24,000 bases of DNA from an uncultured Nitrospirales bacterium (GTDB lineage Bacteria > Nitrospirota > Nitrospiria > Nitrospirales > Nitrospiraceae), in assembly GCA_964373355.1 (NCBI GenBank), contig CAYJUM010000025.1, positions 7,366 through 31,365 on the forward strand, in the 5' to 3' direction. Shown here piece after piece: positions 1 through 7,877 of this stretch; the first letter of the stretch is position 1, and every line of letters starts with the position of its first letter. A program made the translations under genes and the position numbers. Below the pieces are notes generated by a model. That model did no database searches, was not told the DNA's origin, and saw only the letters and a list, made by a program, of their open reading frames with translations.

Positions 1-650
1 CGTTCCGCCAGCTCGATCAGCCGCTCCTTGGCCCATTGCTCGGCGCCGAGCTCGTGATACGACAAGGCGAGGTAGTACAGCGCCTCGGAGGAGGCGTCGA
101 TGTCCGGGTACTGCTTCACGACCGCTTCGAACCGGTGCGCAGCGGCGAGGTAGGCTTCACGCCGGAGGTAGAACTTCCCTACGAACAGATGGGCTTCCGC
201 GAGAAAATTGTGGCAGGACCGGATCCGCTCCCGCGCGTCGCTCTCGTACCGGCTGCCCGGATAGTCCTTCAGGAGCTTTTCGAACGACTCGAGCGCCTTG
301 TACACCGGATCGGGATCGCGGTCGATGCTCTTCACCATCTTGAAGTGGCTCTCACCCAGCCGGAACTGCGCGTAGGGCGCGAGGGCGTGGATGCGGTGCA
401 GGTCCAGGAAGTGCTGATACTCAACGATCGCTTCGGGATATTCTTCCTTCTCGAAGAACGACTCCGCCCGCTTCATGATCACGTTCGGGTCGTAGTTCTT
501 CTCGATGGTATCGCCGATGAAGATCTGCTCGTCGGTTCCGCTCAACGGCTTTTCCGTGGCGGCCTTCTTGGTGCTCGAGCAGCCGGCGGTCAGCGATAGA
601 GCGATGGCGAGGAATCCGATGGGGCGGACCAGGCGGTACAGCAGGGTCAT
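1..650 (-). CDS. bamD: BamD/YfiO-like outer-membrane assembly lipoprotein (TPR-like); 3' end runs off the window
   Basis: Absent from the ORF track because it is open at the window edge. Read in reverse complement from the ATG at 650-648 it gives MTLLYRLVRPIGFLAIALSLTAGCSSTKK..., a signal peptide with an LTAGC lipobox-like site. TPR-like helices follow (AESFFEKEEYPEAIVEYQHFL, YAQFRLGESHFKM, YPGSRYESDARERI, FYLRREAYLAAAHRFEAVVKQYPD, ALYYLALSYHELG). The listed + ORF 36..599 is its antisense shadow. Confidence 0.7.
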   Translation of the reverse strand, partial: MTLLYRLVRPIGFLAIALSLTAGCSSTKKAATEKPLSGTDEQIFIGDTIEKNYDPNVIMKRAESFFEKEEYPEAIVEYQHFLDLHRIHALAPYAQFRLGESHFKMVKSIDRDPDPVYKALESFEKLLKDYPGSRYESDARERIRSCHNFLAEAHLFVGKFYLRREAYLAAAHRFEAVVKQYPDIDASSEALYYLALSYHELGAEQWAKERLIELAE

Positions 651-741
651 TGGCAGGGGATGTGGTGTTGGCTACGAAAAAGCCGTCTCCGCAATTCTCG
701 CCCGGTAACAGTAGCAAATGCCCGGGGGAAAAGCAACCACA

Positions 742-770
742 TTGACGCCCTACCTTTGGGGACCTATAAT
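742..770 (+). promoter_or_regulatory. sigma70-type promoter upstream of the KAS III gene
   Basis: TTGACG (742-747), a 17-nt spacer, then a perfect TATAAT (765-770). It lies about 50 nt upstream of the 821/836 start in the bamD/fabH divergent intergenic region. Confidence 0.55.
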
Positions 771-820
771 GCCGCCCGTTTTCACTAACCCTGCGCGACC
801 TTCGGATAAAGGATCGTTCA

Positions 821-1828
821 TTGTTGACTCCCGGCATGCGGACCCGCATTGTCGCGACGGGCTCCTACCTTCCCGCCCGGCGCGTCAGCAATGGGGAGGT
901 CTGCGCCGGGTTGCGCCTGGACCCCGAGGCCGTCTACCGGCGCACCGGCATCAGGACGCGGCGATGGGCGGACCCGACGGAGGCCAGCTCCGAGCTCGCC
1001 GAACAGGCGGCCCGCGCCGCGCTCGCGGCGGCCGGCATGAAGCCCGACGCGCTTGATGCCCTCCTGGTGTCCACCACGTCTCCGGACATGGCGTTCCCGT
1101 CCACGGCCTGCCACCTGCAGCGGCTGCTGGGAGCGACCGGGGCCGCCGCCTTCGATCTGGCCGCCTCCTGCTCCGGGTTTCTGTACGGGCTCTCGATGGC
1201 GGACCGGTTCATCCGCAGCGGGCAGTTCCGGCGCTGCCTGGTCGTTGCGACGGAGGTGAAGTCCCGGTTTCTCGACGCGGGAGACGAACAGACCGCGATT
1301 CTCTTCGGCGACGGAGCCGGGGCGGCCGTGCTCGCGGCCGCTGGGCGGACCATGCTCCCCTCGGAGGGGTCCATCCTGGGCATCCGCCTGTACGCCGACG
1401 GCTCGCGGCAGGACTTGATCGAGGTTCGGGCGGGCGGGTCGCGTCTCCCGACGTCGGCGGCGTCCGTGCAGCAGCGCCTGCATGCCATCCGCATGAAAGG
1501 GAGCGCACTTTATCGCATCGCCATCAGGCGGCTGGCCGACGCCGTCGGCGATGTGCTGAAGGAATTCGGGGTCGAGATGAACGACGTGGGACAGGTGATC
1601 TTTCATCAGGCCAATGGCCGGCTGCTGGCGGCGGTCTGCGACCGGCTGGGGATGTCCCGCGAGAAGCTCTTCACCGGCATCGAGGACTTCGGCAACACGT
1701 CGTCGGCGTCACTGCCGATCGCGCTGGATCACGCCGTCCGGAGCGGCCGCGTCCGCCGGGGCGATCTCGTGCTGCTGGGAGCGTTCGGCGGAGGGCTGAC
1801 GTGGGGGGCGGGATTGATCCGGTGGTAA
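821..1828 (+). CDS. fabH: 3-oxoacyl-ACP synthase III (FabH-type KAS III)
   Basis: Catalytic triad contexts are present: AASCSGF (Cys), FHQANGR (His) and FGNTSSAS (Asn). The thiolase-fold N-terminus reads RIVATGSYLPARRVSN. The start is uncertain: TTG 821 follows AAAGGA (808-813), and ATG 836 is the alternative. Confidence 0.85.
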   Translation: MLTPGMRTRIVATGSYLPARRVSNGEVCAGLRLDPEAVYRRTGIRTRRWADPTEASSELAEQAARAALAAAGMKPDALDALLVSTTSPDMAFPSTACHLQRLLGATGAAAFDLAASCSGFLYGLSMADRFIRSGQFRRCLVVATEVKSRFLDAGDEQTAILFGDGAGAAVLAAAGRTMLPSEGSILGIRLYADGSRQDLIEVRAGGSRLPTSAASVQQRLHAIRMKGSALYRIAIRRLADAVGDVLKEFGVEMNDVGQVIFHQANGRLLAAVCDRLGMSREKLFTGIEDFGNTSSASLPIALDHAVRSGRVRRGDLVLLGAFGGGLTWGAGLIRW

Positions 1829-1866
1829 CGTGCAGTGACGTGCGCGACTAACAGGAGGGAGCTGCC

Positions 1867-2172
1867 ATGGGAGAGAAATCGAACGGGCAAATCTTCGTCG
1901 AGAGCTTTGTGCGGGCGATCGCATGGGCTGTCGTCTTCTCCGCGGCCTTCGTGCTGACCGTCGGCCTCACGATGCGCATGATGAAGCAGGAGATAAAGGA
2001 AATGATCCAGTACGCCTCGACCGAGGCGATCGGCACGTCCCTGGAGGCGCTCACGAGCCGGGAAGTTTTCCCGCTCCTCAAGCAGAACGTGAAGGAAGCG
2101 ATCGAGTATGCCGTGATCAAAATGGACAACCGGCTGGTGGCCCCCTATCATCCGAGGGTGGCCAAGAAATAA
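1867..2172 (+). CDS. Small hypothetical membrane protein (one predicted TM helix)
   Basis: A strong [11 protein letters not shown] (1853-1861), sits 5 nt before the ATG. The hydrophobic stretch is AIAWAVVFSAAFVLTVGLTM. Third-codon-position bias is consistent with coding. I recognise no family. Confidence 0.5.
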   Translation: MGEKSNGQIFVESFVRAIAWAVVFSAAFVLTVGLTMRMMKQEIKEMIQYASTEAIGTSLEALTSREVFPLLKQNVKEAIEYAVIKMDNRLVAPYHPRVAKK

Positions 2173-2190
2173 AGAAATAACCGGTAGAAG

Positions 2191-2214
2191 CCCGCGCGGC
2201 CGGCGCCGCGCGGG
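2191..2214 (+). terminator. GC-rich stem-loop after the small ORF
   Basis: CCCGCGCGGC (2191-2200) pairs perfectly with GCCGCGCGGG (2205-2214) around a 4-nt loop CGGC. It lies 19 nt after the stop codon. No U-tract follows (TCTCCCCC), so it is not a classical intrinsic terminator. Confidence 0.4.
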
Positions 2215-2240
2215 TCTCCCCCTCCTCACGAGGACGTAGC

Positions 2241-2864
2241 ATGGCATTGTTCGGGTTGATCCCCAGAGAAGTCCAGTTCCTGGAGATGTTCCAGAAGGCG
2301 GTGCGGAATGTCGTGGAAGGCAGCCGCCTCCTCAAGGCCATGACGGAGGACTTCCGCAATCCGGTGGAGCAGGCGCGCCGCATCAAGGACATCGAGCACA
2401 TCGGCGACGGGATCACGCATGAGATTGCCCTGAAGCTTAACCAGACGTTCATCACGCCGTTGGACCGTGAGGACATCTACGCCCTCGCCAGCGCGCTGGA
2501 CGACATCCTGGACCAGGTCGAAGCCGTCGCGGACCGGTTCGTCGTGTTCAAGATCGGCGCCCCGACCGAGGCGGCCATCAAGCTCGCGGACGTGCTCTAC
2601 CGCTCGACCGTCGCCGTGGCTGGCGGCATCGACCTCTTGGGCAAGCAGCACGCGGTGATCAAGGAGTGCTGCGTCGTGGTCAATGACCTGGAGAACGAAG
2701 CGGACCGGATCACCCGGGACGCCATCTCCAAGCTCTTTGAGGTGGAGACCGACCCGATCATGGTCATCAAGTGGAAAGAGATCTATGAAAATTTCGAGGA
2801 CGGCACCGACCGCTGTGAGGACGTCGCGAACATCCTCGAACGCATCACGCTCAAACACACCTAA
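2241..2864 (+). CDS. DUF47 / PhoU-like phosphate-transport regulator (usual partner of PiT)
   Basis: N-terminus FLEMFQKAVRNVVEGSRLL and core IKDIEHIGDGITHEIALKLNQTFITPLDREDIYALASALDDILD match the COG1392/DUF47 pattern as I recall it. SD GAGGA (2230-2234) precedes the ATG. It sits directly upstream of a PiT gene, which is the usual pairing. Confidence 0.8.
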   Translation: MALFGLIPREVQFLEMFQKAVRNVVEGSRLLKAMTEDFRNPVEQARRIKDIEHIGDGITHEIALKLNQTFITPLDREDIYALASALDDILDQVEAVADRFVVFKIGAPTEAAIKLADVLYRSTVAVAGGIDLLGKQHAVIKECCVVVNDLENEADRITRDAISKLFEVETDPIMVIKWKEIYENFEDGTDRCEDVANILERITLKHT

Positions 2865-2870
2865 CTACCA

Positions 2871-3010
2871 GTGAGGAGTGAGGGGTGAAGTGTAAGGGGA
2901 CAGGAATCGCTGCACACTCCTCTCGGTGTGGCCTTCTTTTATTTTTTACCCTGCTATACCTGACGCCTCGACGGTTGTTTGCTCCTCACTCCTCACCCCT
3001 CACTCCTCAC
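2871..3010. repeat. Heptamer-built inverted repeat (locus A): GTGAGGA-type arm and TCCTCAC-type arm
   Basis: Left arm 2871-2898 reads gtgagga gtgaggg gtgaagt gtaaggg. Right arm 2983-3010 reads tcctcac tcctcac ccctcac tcctcac. Positions 2871-2890 pair with 2991-3010 at 19 of 20 positions, enclosing a 100-nt loop. Confidence 0.9.
2913..2949 (+). terminator. Weak hairpin plus T-tract inside the loop of locus A
   Basis: CACAC (2913-2917) pairs with GTGTG (2926-2930). TTCTTTTATTTTTT follows from 2934, the only long T-run I saw in the window. The stem is only 5 bp, so this is tentative. Confidence 0.25.
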
Positions 3011-3017
3011 TGACCAG

Positions 3018-4022
3018 ATGCCTGACCTCGGCGGAATGCTCCTGGTCGTCGTGCTGCTGGCCCTGGCCTTTGATTTTTCCAACGGCTGGCACGACAGCGC
3101 CAATGCCATCGCCACGGTAGTGTCCACGCGCATCCTCAGCCCCGTCGTCGCCGTCCTGATGGCCGGGTTCCTGAACGTCGTCGGGGCGTTCATGTCCACG
3201 GCCGTCGCGAAGATGGTCGGGGCCGGCATCGTGGATCCCAACGCCGTCAGCCAGACCGTCGTGGCCGCCGCGCTCGCGGGGGCCATCCTCTGGAATCTGC
3301 TCACGCTCATGCTGGGGCTGCCCACCAGCTCCTCGCACGCCTTGATCGGCGGGCTGGTCGGCGCGGGGCTGTCCCACGGCGGCTGGGCGGTCGTGAAGCT
3401 GGGCGGGCTGCGGTCGGTCCTGGAGGCGATGATCCTCTCGCCGTTCTTCGGGTTTGTGATGGGGTTCATGCTCATGCTGGCGATCAGCTGGGCCTTCTTC
3501 CGGACGGCCCGAAGCCACGCCACGCGGCTCTTCGGGCGCCTGCAGCTCATCTCGGCGGGGTTCATGGCGTTCAGTCACGGGGCGAACGACGCACAGAAGG
3601 CGATGGGGATCATCACGCTGGCGCTGCTGTCGGCCGGACAGATCACGACGCCCGAAGTGCCGTCCTGGGTGATCATCTCCTGCGCGCTGGCCATGGGCCT
3701 CGGCACGGCCGTGGGGGGCTGGCGGATCGTCCGCACGCTCGGCATGCGGATTCTGAAGCTGGAGCCGGTGCACGGCTTCGCGGCGGAGACCGGCGCGGCC
3801 ACCGTGCTCCTCGCCACGGCGCACATCGGCCTGCCGGTCAGCACGACGCACACGATCACCTCGTCGGTGATGGGGGTCGGGGCGGTGAAACGGCTGTCGG
3901 CGGTGCGCTGGGGGGTGACGGCGAGGATCCTCTCGGCCTGGGTGCTCACGCTCCCGGGTGCGGCGTTCCTGGCGGCGCTGGCCTATGCGGCGCTGTCCTT
4001 CGGGCGATCCGTCGCGGGGTGA
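3018..4022 (+). CDS. pit: Inorganic phosphate transporter, PiT family
   Basis: Both PiT signature regions are present: FSNGWHDSANAIATVVSTR and FSHGANDAQKAMGIITL. The protein is polytopic and hydrophobic throughout. I place the start at ATG 3018 (MPDLGGMLLVVV...). The track start at 2979 would translate the heptamer repeat (LLTPHPSLLTDQ). Confidence 0.9.
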   Translation: MPDLGGMLLVVVLLALAFDFSNGWHDSANAIATVVSTRILSPVVAVLMAGFLNVVGAFMSTAVAKMVGAGIVDPNAVSQTVVAAALAGAILWNLLTLMLGLPTSSSHALIGGLVGAGLSHGGWAVVKLGGLRSVLEAMILSPFFGFVMGFMLMLAISWAFFRTARSHATRLFGRLQLISAGFMAFSHGANDAQKAMGIITLALLSAGQITTPEVPSWVIISCALAMGLGTAVGGWRIVRTLGMRILKLEPVHGFAAETGAATVLLATAHIGLPVSTTHTITSSVMGVGAVKRLSAVRWGVTARILSAWVLTLPGAAFLAALAYAALSFGRSVAG

Positions 4023-5803
4023 GTCTCCACGGGCTGCGCGGCCGGCAGCCTGACGACAAAGCGGCTTCCTGAGGGCTGTAGCCCTTCGACCCACACCTGG
4101 CCGCCGTGCCCTTCCACGATGTGCCGCACGATCGCCAGCCCGAGCCCGGTCCCGCCCATCTCTCGCGAGCGGGCCTTGTCCACCCGGTAGAACCGTTCGA
4201 ACACGCGGGGCCGGTCGGCCTCGGGGATCCCCGGGCCGGTGTCGCTGACCCGCAGCTCCACCACGTCCGCCTGCTCGGCGGCCTTGGCGTCGACGGTGAT
4301 CGTCCCGTGCGGCGGGGTGTACTTCACGGCGTTATCCAGCAGGTTCGTCAGCACCTGGACGAGCCGCTCCTCATCCCCGCAGACGGCCGGCAGGTCCGGC
4401 GGCAGCATCACATGGAGGATGTGCCCCTTCTTTTCCGACAGGGGGCGGATGAGCGAGAGCGTCCGGTCCACGACCGCCTCCAGGCGGACGGCGTCCCGTT
4501 TGAACACCACTTGGCCGGACTCGATCTGCGAGAGCTGCAGCAGGTCCTCCAGGATGAGGTTGAGCCGGTCGCTCTGCTTGAGGATGATCTCCAGGAACTG
4601 CCGGCTCTCGTCGGGGTTGTCCTTGGCGCCGTCCAGCAGGGCCTCGACGTAGCCCTTGATCGAGGTCAGCGGCGTGCGGAGCTCGTGCGAGACGTTCGCG
4701 ACGAAGTCCCGGCGGACGTGCTCGAGCCGCCGCAGCGCGGTGATGTCGTGGAAGACCAGCACGGCGCACGGCTCGTTCGGGGGGCGGCCCGCCACGACGA
4801 TGGCGTCGATGCGGAAGGTCAGGCCGCTCAACGCCAGCTCCACGCTCTGCGTCTCCCGGATGATGAGCACCTTGGTCGCCAGGTCTTTCAGGTCGTCATG
4901 GGGCAGGGCCTCCTGGTAGGAGCGGCCGGCCACCTCGCTCGCCCGCACGCCCAGCATCCGCTCCAGCGCCGGATTGATCAGCAGCACCGTGCCCCGGCCG
5001 TCCAGCACCATGATGCCTTCGACCATCGAGCGCAAAATGCCGAGGAGCTGCGCGCGCTCGTCCGAGACCTCCAGGATCGTCGTCTCGAGCTGGTCCGCCA
5101 TGCTGTTCAAGGTCGTCGCGAGCACGCCCAGCTCATCCCGCGAGGACGTCCGGATCCGTTCGCCGAGGGCGCCGTCCGCCAGGCGGCGGGCCACGGCCGC
5201 CATTTCGGCGAAGGGGCCCGTCACGCCCCGGGCCAGCAGGATGCTCAGGATCACCGAGACGAGGAACGCCACGCCGAAGGCGATGCCGAGCGCGTACTCC
5301 AGCTTCCTGATCTGGACTTCGAGCTCGGTCAGGGGGACCGCCAGCCGGACGATGCCGGCCGGCGCGCCGGGGGGACCGACCGAGATCGCCAGATAGAGCA
5401 TCCGCAGTCCCACCGTTCCGCTGAGACGGACGTCGGTGCCGAGGCCGCTGCGCAGGGCCTCGACGACCTCCGGGCGGGCGGCGTGGCTCTCAATGGTCGG
5501 GACGGCCTCATCCGCCGTGTAGCTGTCGGCCAGCACGGTGCCGTCGGGCCGGATCACGGTGATCCGGGCCTGCGCGCGCCTCCCCAGCTCCTTGGCGGCG
5601 CGCTGCAGCCCGGCCGTGCCGGTCCCCGACCGCAGCCCGCTCTCCAGGGACAGCGCCGCGAGGTTCGCGCGGGCGACGAGCGTGTCGGTCAGCCGGCCGG
5701 TCTCCAGCCGCTCGATCGAGCGCAGCGCCAGCGCGCCGGCGATCGCCAGCCCCAGGCTCACGGCCAGCAACGAGCCCAGCGTCAGCTTCCAGCGGATGCT
5801 CAT
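3983..5803 (-). CDS. phoR: PhoR-like sensor histidine kinase (TM, periplasmic domain, TM, HAMP, PAS, HisKA, HATPase)
   Basis: H-box FVANVSHELRTPLTSIKGY, N-box LLDNAVKYTP, G1 VSDTGPGIP and G2 GGTGLGLAIV are present. There are two hydrophobic segments (LGSLLAVSLGLAIAGALAL and IAFGVAFLVSVILSILLA), then a HAMP-like linker and a PAS-like block (MVEGIMVLDGRGTVLLINPA). It lies next to an OmpR-family regulator and a Pi transporter. The PhoR assignment is by resemblance and context, not proven. Confidence 0.75.
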   Translation of the reverse strand: MSIRWKLTLGSLLAVSLGLAIAGALALRSIERLETGRLTDTLVARANLAALSLESGLRSGTGTAGLQRAAKELGRRAQARITVIRPDGTVLADSYTADEAVPTIESHAARPEVVEALRSGLGTDVRLSGTVGLRMLYLAISVGPPGAPAGIVRLAVPLTELEVQIRKLEYALGIAFGVAFLVSVILSILLARGVTGPFAEMAAVARRLADGALGERIRTSSRDELGVLATTLNSMADQLETTILEVSDERAQLLGILRSMVEGIMVLDGRGTVLLINPALERMLGVRASEVAGRSYQEALPHDDLKDLATKVLIIRETQSVELALSGLTFRIDAIVVAGRPPNEPCAVLVFHDITALRRLEHVRRDFVANVSHELRTPLTSIKGYVEALLDGAKDNPDESRQFLEIILKQSDRLNLILEDLLQLSQIESGQVVFKRDAVRLEAVVDRTLSLIRPLSEKKGHILHVMLPPDLPAVCGDEERLVQVLTNLLDNAVKYTPPHGTITVDAKAAEQADVVELRVSDTGPGIPEADRPRVFERFYRVDKARSREMGGTGLGLAIVRHIVEGHGGQVWVEGLQPSGSRFVVRLPAAQPVETHPATDRPKDSAA

Positions 5804-5807
5804 ACGA

Positions 5808-5891
5808 GGTGATCGGTGATGGGTGATGGGTGATGAGCGGGTGATGAGTGATGGGTGCTCAAGTCACTGATCACCGATCACCCATCACTGT
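5808..5891. repeat. Heptamer array and inverted repeat (locus B): (GGTGATG)n facing (TCACYNA)n
   Basis: Plus strand reads ggtgatc ggtgatg ggtgatg ggtgatg (5808-5835), agcg, then ggtgatg agtgatg ggtgctc (5840-5860). The opposing arm is tcactga tcaccga tcaccca tcactgt (5864-5891). Positions 5808-5820 pair perfectly with 5870-5882, and 5848-5857 can pair with 5879-5888. The element fills the phoB-phoR intercistronic gap and overlaps the last codons and stop of phoB. Confidence 0.9.
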
Positions 5892-6567
5892 CCTTGAGCT
5901 TGTAGCCGAGTGATTTGACCGAGACGATGGCGTCGTCGAGCACCGGCATTTTCTGCTTGAGGCGGCGGACGTGGACGTCCACGGTGCGGGTGGTGCCGTA
6001 GTAGTCGTAGCCCCAGACGGCATTGAGCAGCTGATCCCGGGTCAGCACCCGTCCGGGGTTTCGCAGCAGATGCTCGAGCAGGCCGAACTCCTTGGTGGTG
6101 AGCGAGACCTCCTGGCCGTCCATCTTCACCTCGTGCCGCGAGCGGTCCAGGACCAGGGATTTATACACGTAGCGCGCCGAGTCTTCGTCCGTCCGGTCCA
6201 CGCGCCGGAAGAGCGCCTTGACGCGCGCGACCAGGGCCTTGGGGCTGAAGGGCTTCGTGATGTAATCGTCGGCGCCGAGCTCCAGGCCAATGACCGTGTC
6301 CGACTCCTCGGCTTTGGCGGTGAGCATGATGATGGGAATCATCGCGGTCTGCCGGTCCGCGCGGATGCGCTTGCAGACCTCCAGGCCGTCCATCTCGGCG
6401 AGCATCAGATCGAGGATGATCAGGTCGGGATGCTCGGCCTTGACCTGCGTGAGCGCCTCGAGCCCCGTCAGCGCCGTGGCGGTGCGGTATCCTTCCTTCT
6501 CCAGATAGAGCTTCAGGAGCTGGAGGATGTCTTTTTCGTCCTCGACGATCAGGATTTTCTTGCTCAT
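5878..6567 (-). CDS. phoB: OmpR/PhoB-family response regulator
   Basis: Receiver motifs are IVEDEKD, ILDLMLAEMDG (phospho-Asp context) and ITKPF. The winged-helix C-terminus reads LTTKEFGLLEHLLRNPGRVLTRDQLLNAVWG...RTVDVHVRRLKQK. It lies immediately upstream of the kinase on the same strand. Confidence 0.85.
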   Translation of the reverse strand: MSKKILIVEDEKDILQLLKLYLEKEGYRTATALTGLEALTQVKAEHPDLIILDLMLAEMDGLEVCKRIRADRQTAMIPIIMLTAKAEESDTVIGLELGADDYITKPFSPKALVARVKALFRRVDRTDEDSARYVYKSLVLDRSRHEVKMDGQEVSLTTKEFGLLEHLLRNPGRVLTRDQLLNAVWGYDYYGTTRTVDVHVRRLKQKMPVLDDAIVSVKSLGYKLKDSDG

Positions 6568-6674
6568 CGAGGAACAGCGTATAGGGTGGGAAAAGGGGAG
6601 TCAAGGGCGGGCCGTCGCGCGGGCGTTGGCTGAAGCCTTGCGGGCCGAATGACCATTACCAGTTCCCAGGTACG

Positions 6675-6758
6675 GGCTCTGGCTGTTGACGCCAGGGGCT
6701 CGTCTGACGTATGGTGGCCGTGCCTCGCTGACGGCTGAATGCTGAGAGCTGAGGGCGC
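6675..6758 (+). repeat. In-phase heptamer tract (locus H) ending in four GCTGANN units just before ispH
   Basis: Twelve consecutive 7-mers share one phase from 6675 to 6758; 10 of 12 end in G and 7 of 12 in TG. The clear core is gctgacg gctgaat gctgaga gctgagg (6727-6754). The last unit supplies the SD-like GAGGG, 10 nt before the ispH ATG. Confidence 0.65.
6686..6715 (+). promoter_or_regulatory. Candidate promoter for ispH
   Basis: TTGACG (6686-6691), an 18-nt spacer, then TATGGT (6710-6715), about 50 nt upstream of ispH. Motif match only. Confidence 0.3.
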
Positions 6759-6764
6759 CTACGA

Positions 6765-7721
6765 ATGAAAATCTACCTTGCGAGTCCCCGCGGATTCTGC
6801 GCCGGCGTGGACCGCGCCATCGACATCGTGGAGCTGTCGCTGAAGATCTACGGCGCGCCCATCTACGTGCGCCACGAGATCGTGCACAGCCGCCACGTGG
6901 TGAACTCCCTCCGCGAGAAGGGCGCCATCTTCGTGGAGGAGCTCGATCAGGTGCCGGATGGCTCGATCGTGATCTTCAGCGCGCACGGCGTGGCGAAGTC
7001 GGTGTGGGAAGACGCCGGCCGCCGCGGGCTGAAGGTCATCGACGCGACCTGCCCGCTCGTCATCAAGGTGCACAACGAGGTCAACCGGGACCACACGCAC
7101 GGCTACGAGCTGATCCTGATCGGGCACGCGGGGCACCCCGAGGTCATCGGGACGCTGGGGCAGATCCCCGACAAGTTCCATCTGGTCTCCTCAGTGGCCG
7201 ACGTCGAACGGCTGCAGGTCGAAAACCCCGACCACCTGTCCTACGTGACCCAGACCACCCTGAGCGTCGATGAATGCCGGGACATCGTCGAAGCCCTGAA
7301 CCGCCGATTTCCAGGCATCAAAGGCCCGCACCAGGAAGACATCTGCTACGCCACGCAGAATCGGCAGAACGCCGTCAAGGAGTTGGCGAAGCTCGTGGAC
7401 GTGATCCTGGTCATCGGCTCGCCGAACAGCTCGAACTCGAACCGCCTGCGGGAGCTGGCCGAGTACTGCGGCATTTCCTCCTATCTGATCGATTCCTCCG
7501 CGGACATCAACCCGCAATGGATCGCCAGCGCCAACGCGGTGGGCATCTCGGCCGGCGCCTCTGCGCCGGAAGTGCTGGTCACCGAGGTAGTGGACTATCT
7601 CAAGCGCACCAGCCCCACCGGCGTCGACGCCGTCGAAGAGCTGACGGTGATCGAGGAGGACGTGGAATTCCTGCTCCCCAAGGAGCTCGTGAATCCGCTC
7701 CCCTCGGCGCGCCTCTCCTAG
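6765..7721 (+). CDS. ispH: 4-hydroxy-3-methylbut-2-enyl diphosphate reductase (IspH/LytB)
   Basis: N-terminus [19 protein letters not shown] carries the first cluster Cys. [10 protein letters not shown] (second Cys) and ICYATQNRQ (third Cys) are present, and the length of about 318 aa fits. Confidence 0.95.
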   Translation: MKIYLASPRGFCAGVDRAIDIVELSLKIYGAPIYVRHEIVHSRHVVNSLREKGAIFVEELDQVPDGSIVIFSAHGVAKSVWEDAGRRGLKVIDATCPLVIKVHNEVNRDHTHGYELILIGHAGHPEVIGTLGQIPDKFHLVSSVADVERLQVENPDHLSYVTQTTLSVDECRDIVEALNRRFPGIKGPHQEDICYATQNRQNAVKELAKLVDVILVIGSPNSSNSNRLRELAEYCGISSYLIDSSADINPQWIASANAVGISAGASAPEVLVTEVVDYLKRTSPTGVDAVEELTVIEEDVEFLLPKELVNPLPSARLS

Positions 7722-7723
7722 AT

Positions 7724-7821
7724 TCTCCCGTCACTCGTCGTCCGTATCTCGTATCTGGCCGCTCGCCTCTCGTCGTTCGCACTGGATCGACACTTCACGC
7801 TTCACGCCTTACGCTTCACGG
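7724..7821 (+). repeat. In-phase heptamer tract (locus C): 14 units ending in (CTTCACG)4
   Basis: Starting 3 nt after the ispH stop: tctcccg tcactcg tcgtccg tatctcg tatctgg ccgctcg cctctcg tcgttcg cactgga tcgacac ttcacgc ttcacgc cttacgc ttcacgg. The 98 nt keep a single phase. I found no complementary arm nearby. Confidence 0.8.
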
Positions 7822-7877
7822 GTTCCCCATATCTTGTGGCCTGTCGTCCTCCATGCCCTCCATCCTGTATTTGTACT

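Noticed and set aside
36-849. Track ORFs 36..599 (+), 421..849 (-) and 505..708 (+)
   Set aside because: A different minus-strand frame (1..650) gives a coherent signal peptide, lipobox and TPR-like BamD-type protein. These ORFs are its antisense or out-of-frame shadows.
2926-3120. 64-aa ORF starting inside the loop of locus A, and SD-like arm sequences as real ribosome binding sites for small ORFs
   Set aside because: The ORF runs out of frame into pit. Its translation is driven by the repeat and the T-tract, and no start codon lies at proper spacing after the SD-like heptamers.
3000-5812. Long ORFs 3000..4094 (-) and 4106..5812 (+)
   Set aside because: They are antisense to pit and phoR respectively, both of which have clear family signatures. 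Their composition is Arg/Asp/His/Pro-rich and not protein-like.
5808-5891. Whether the tandem repeats (here and at the other loci) are a CRISPR array
   Set aside because: The units are only 7 nt, directly abutting with no unique spacers, and the arrays are under 100 nt. This is incompatible with CRISPR repeat-spacer architecture.
6578-6604. Minus-strand TTGACT / TATACG pair as the phoB promoter
   Set aside because: The spacer is only 15 nt, and it would leave a leader of about 5 nt with no SD. Motif resemblance alone is not enough. I also saw no convincing Pho-box direct repeats in 6568-6764.
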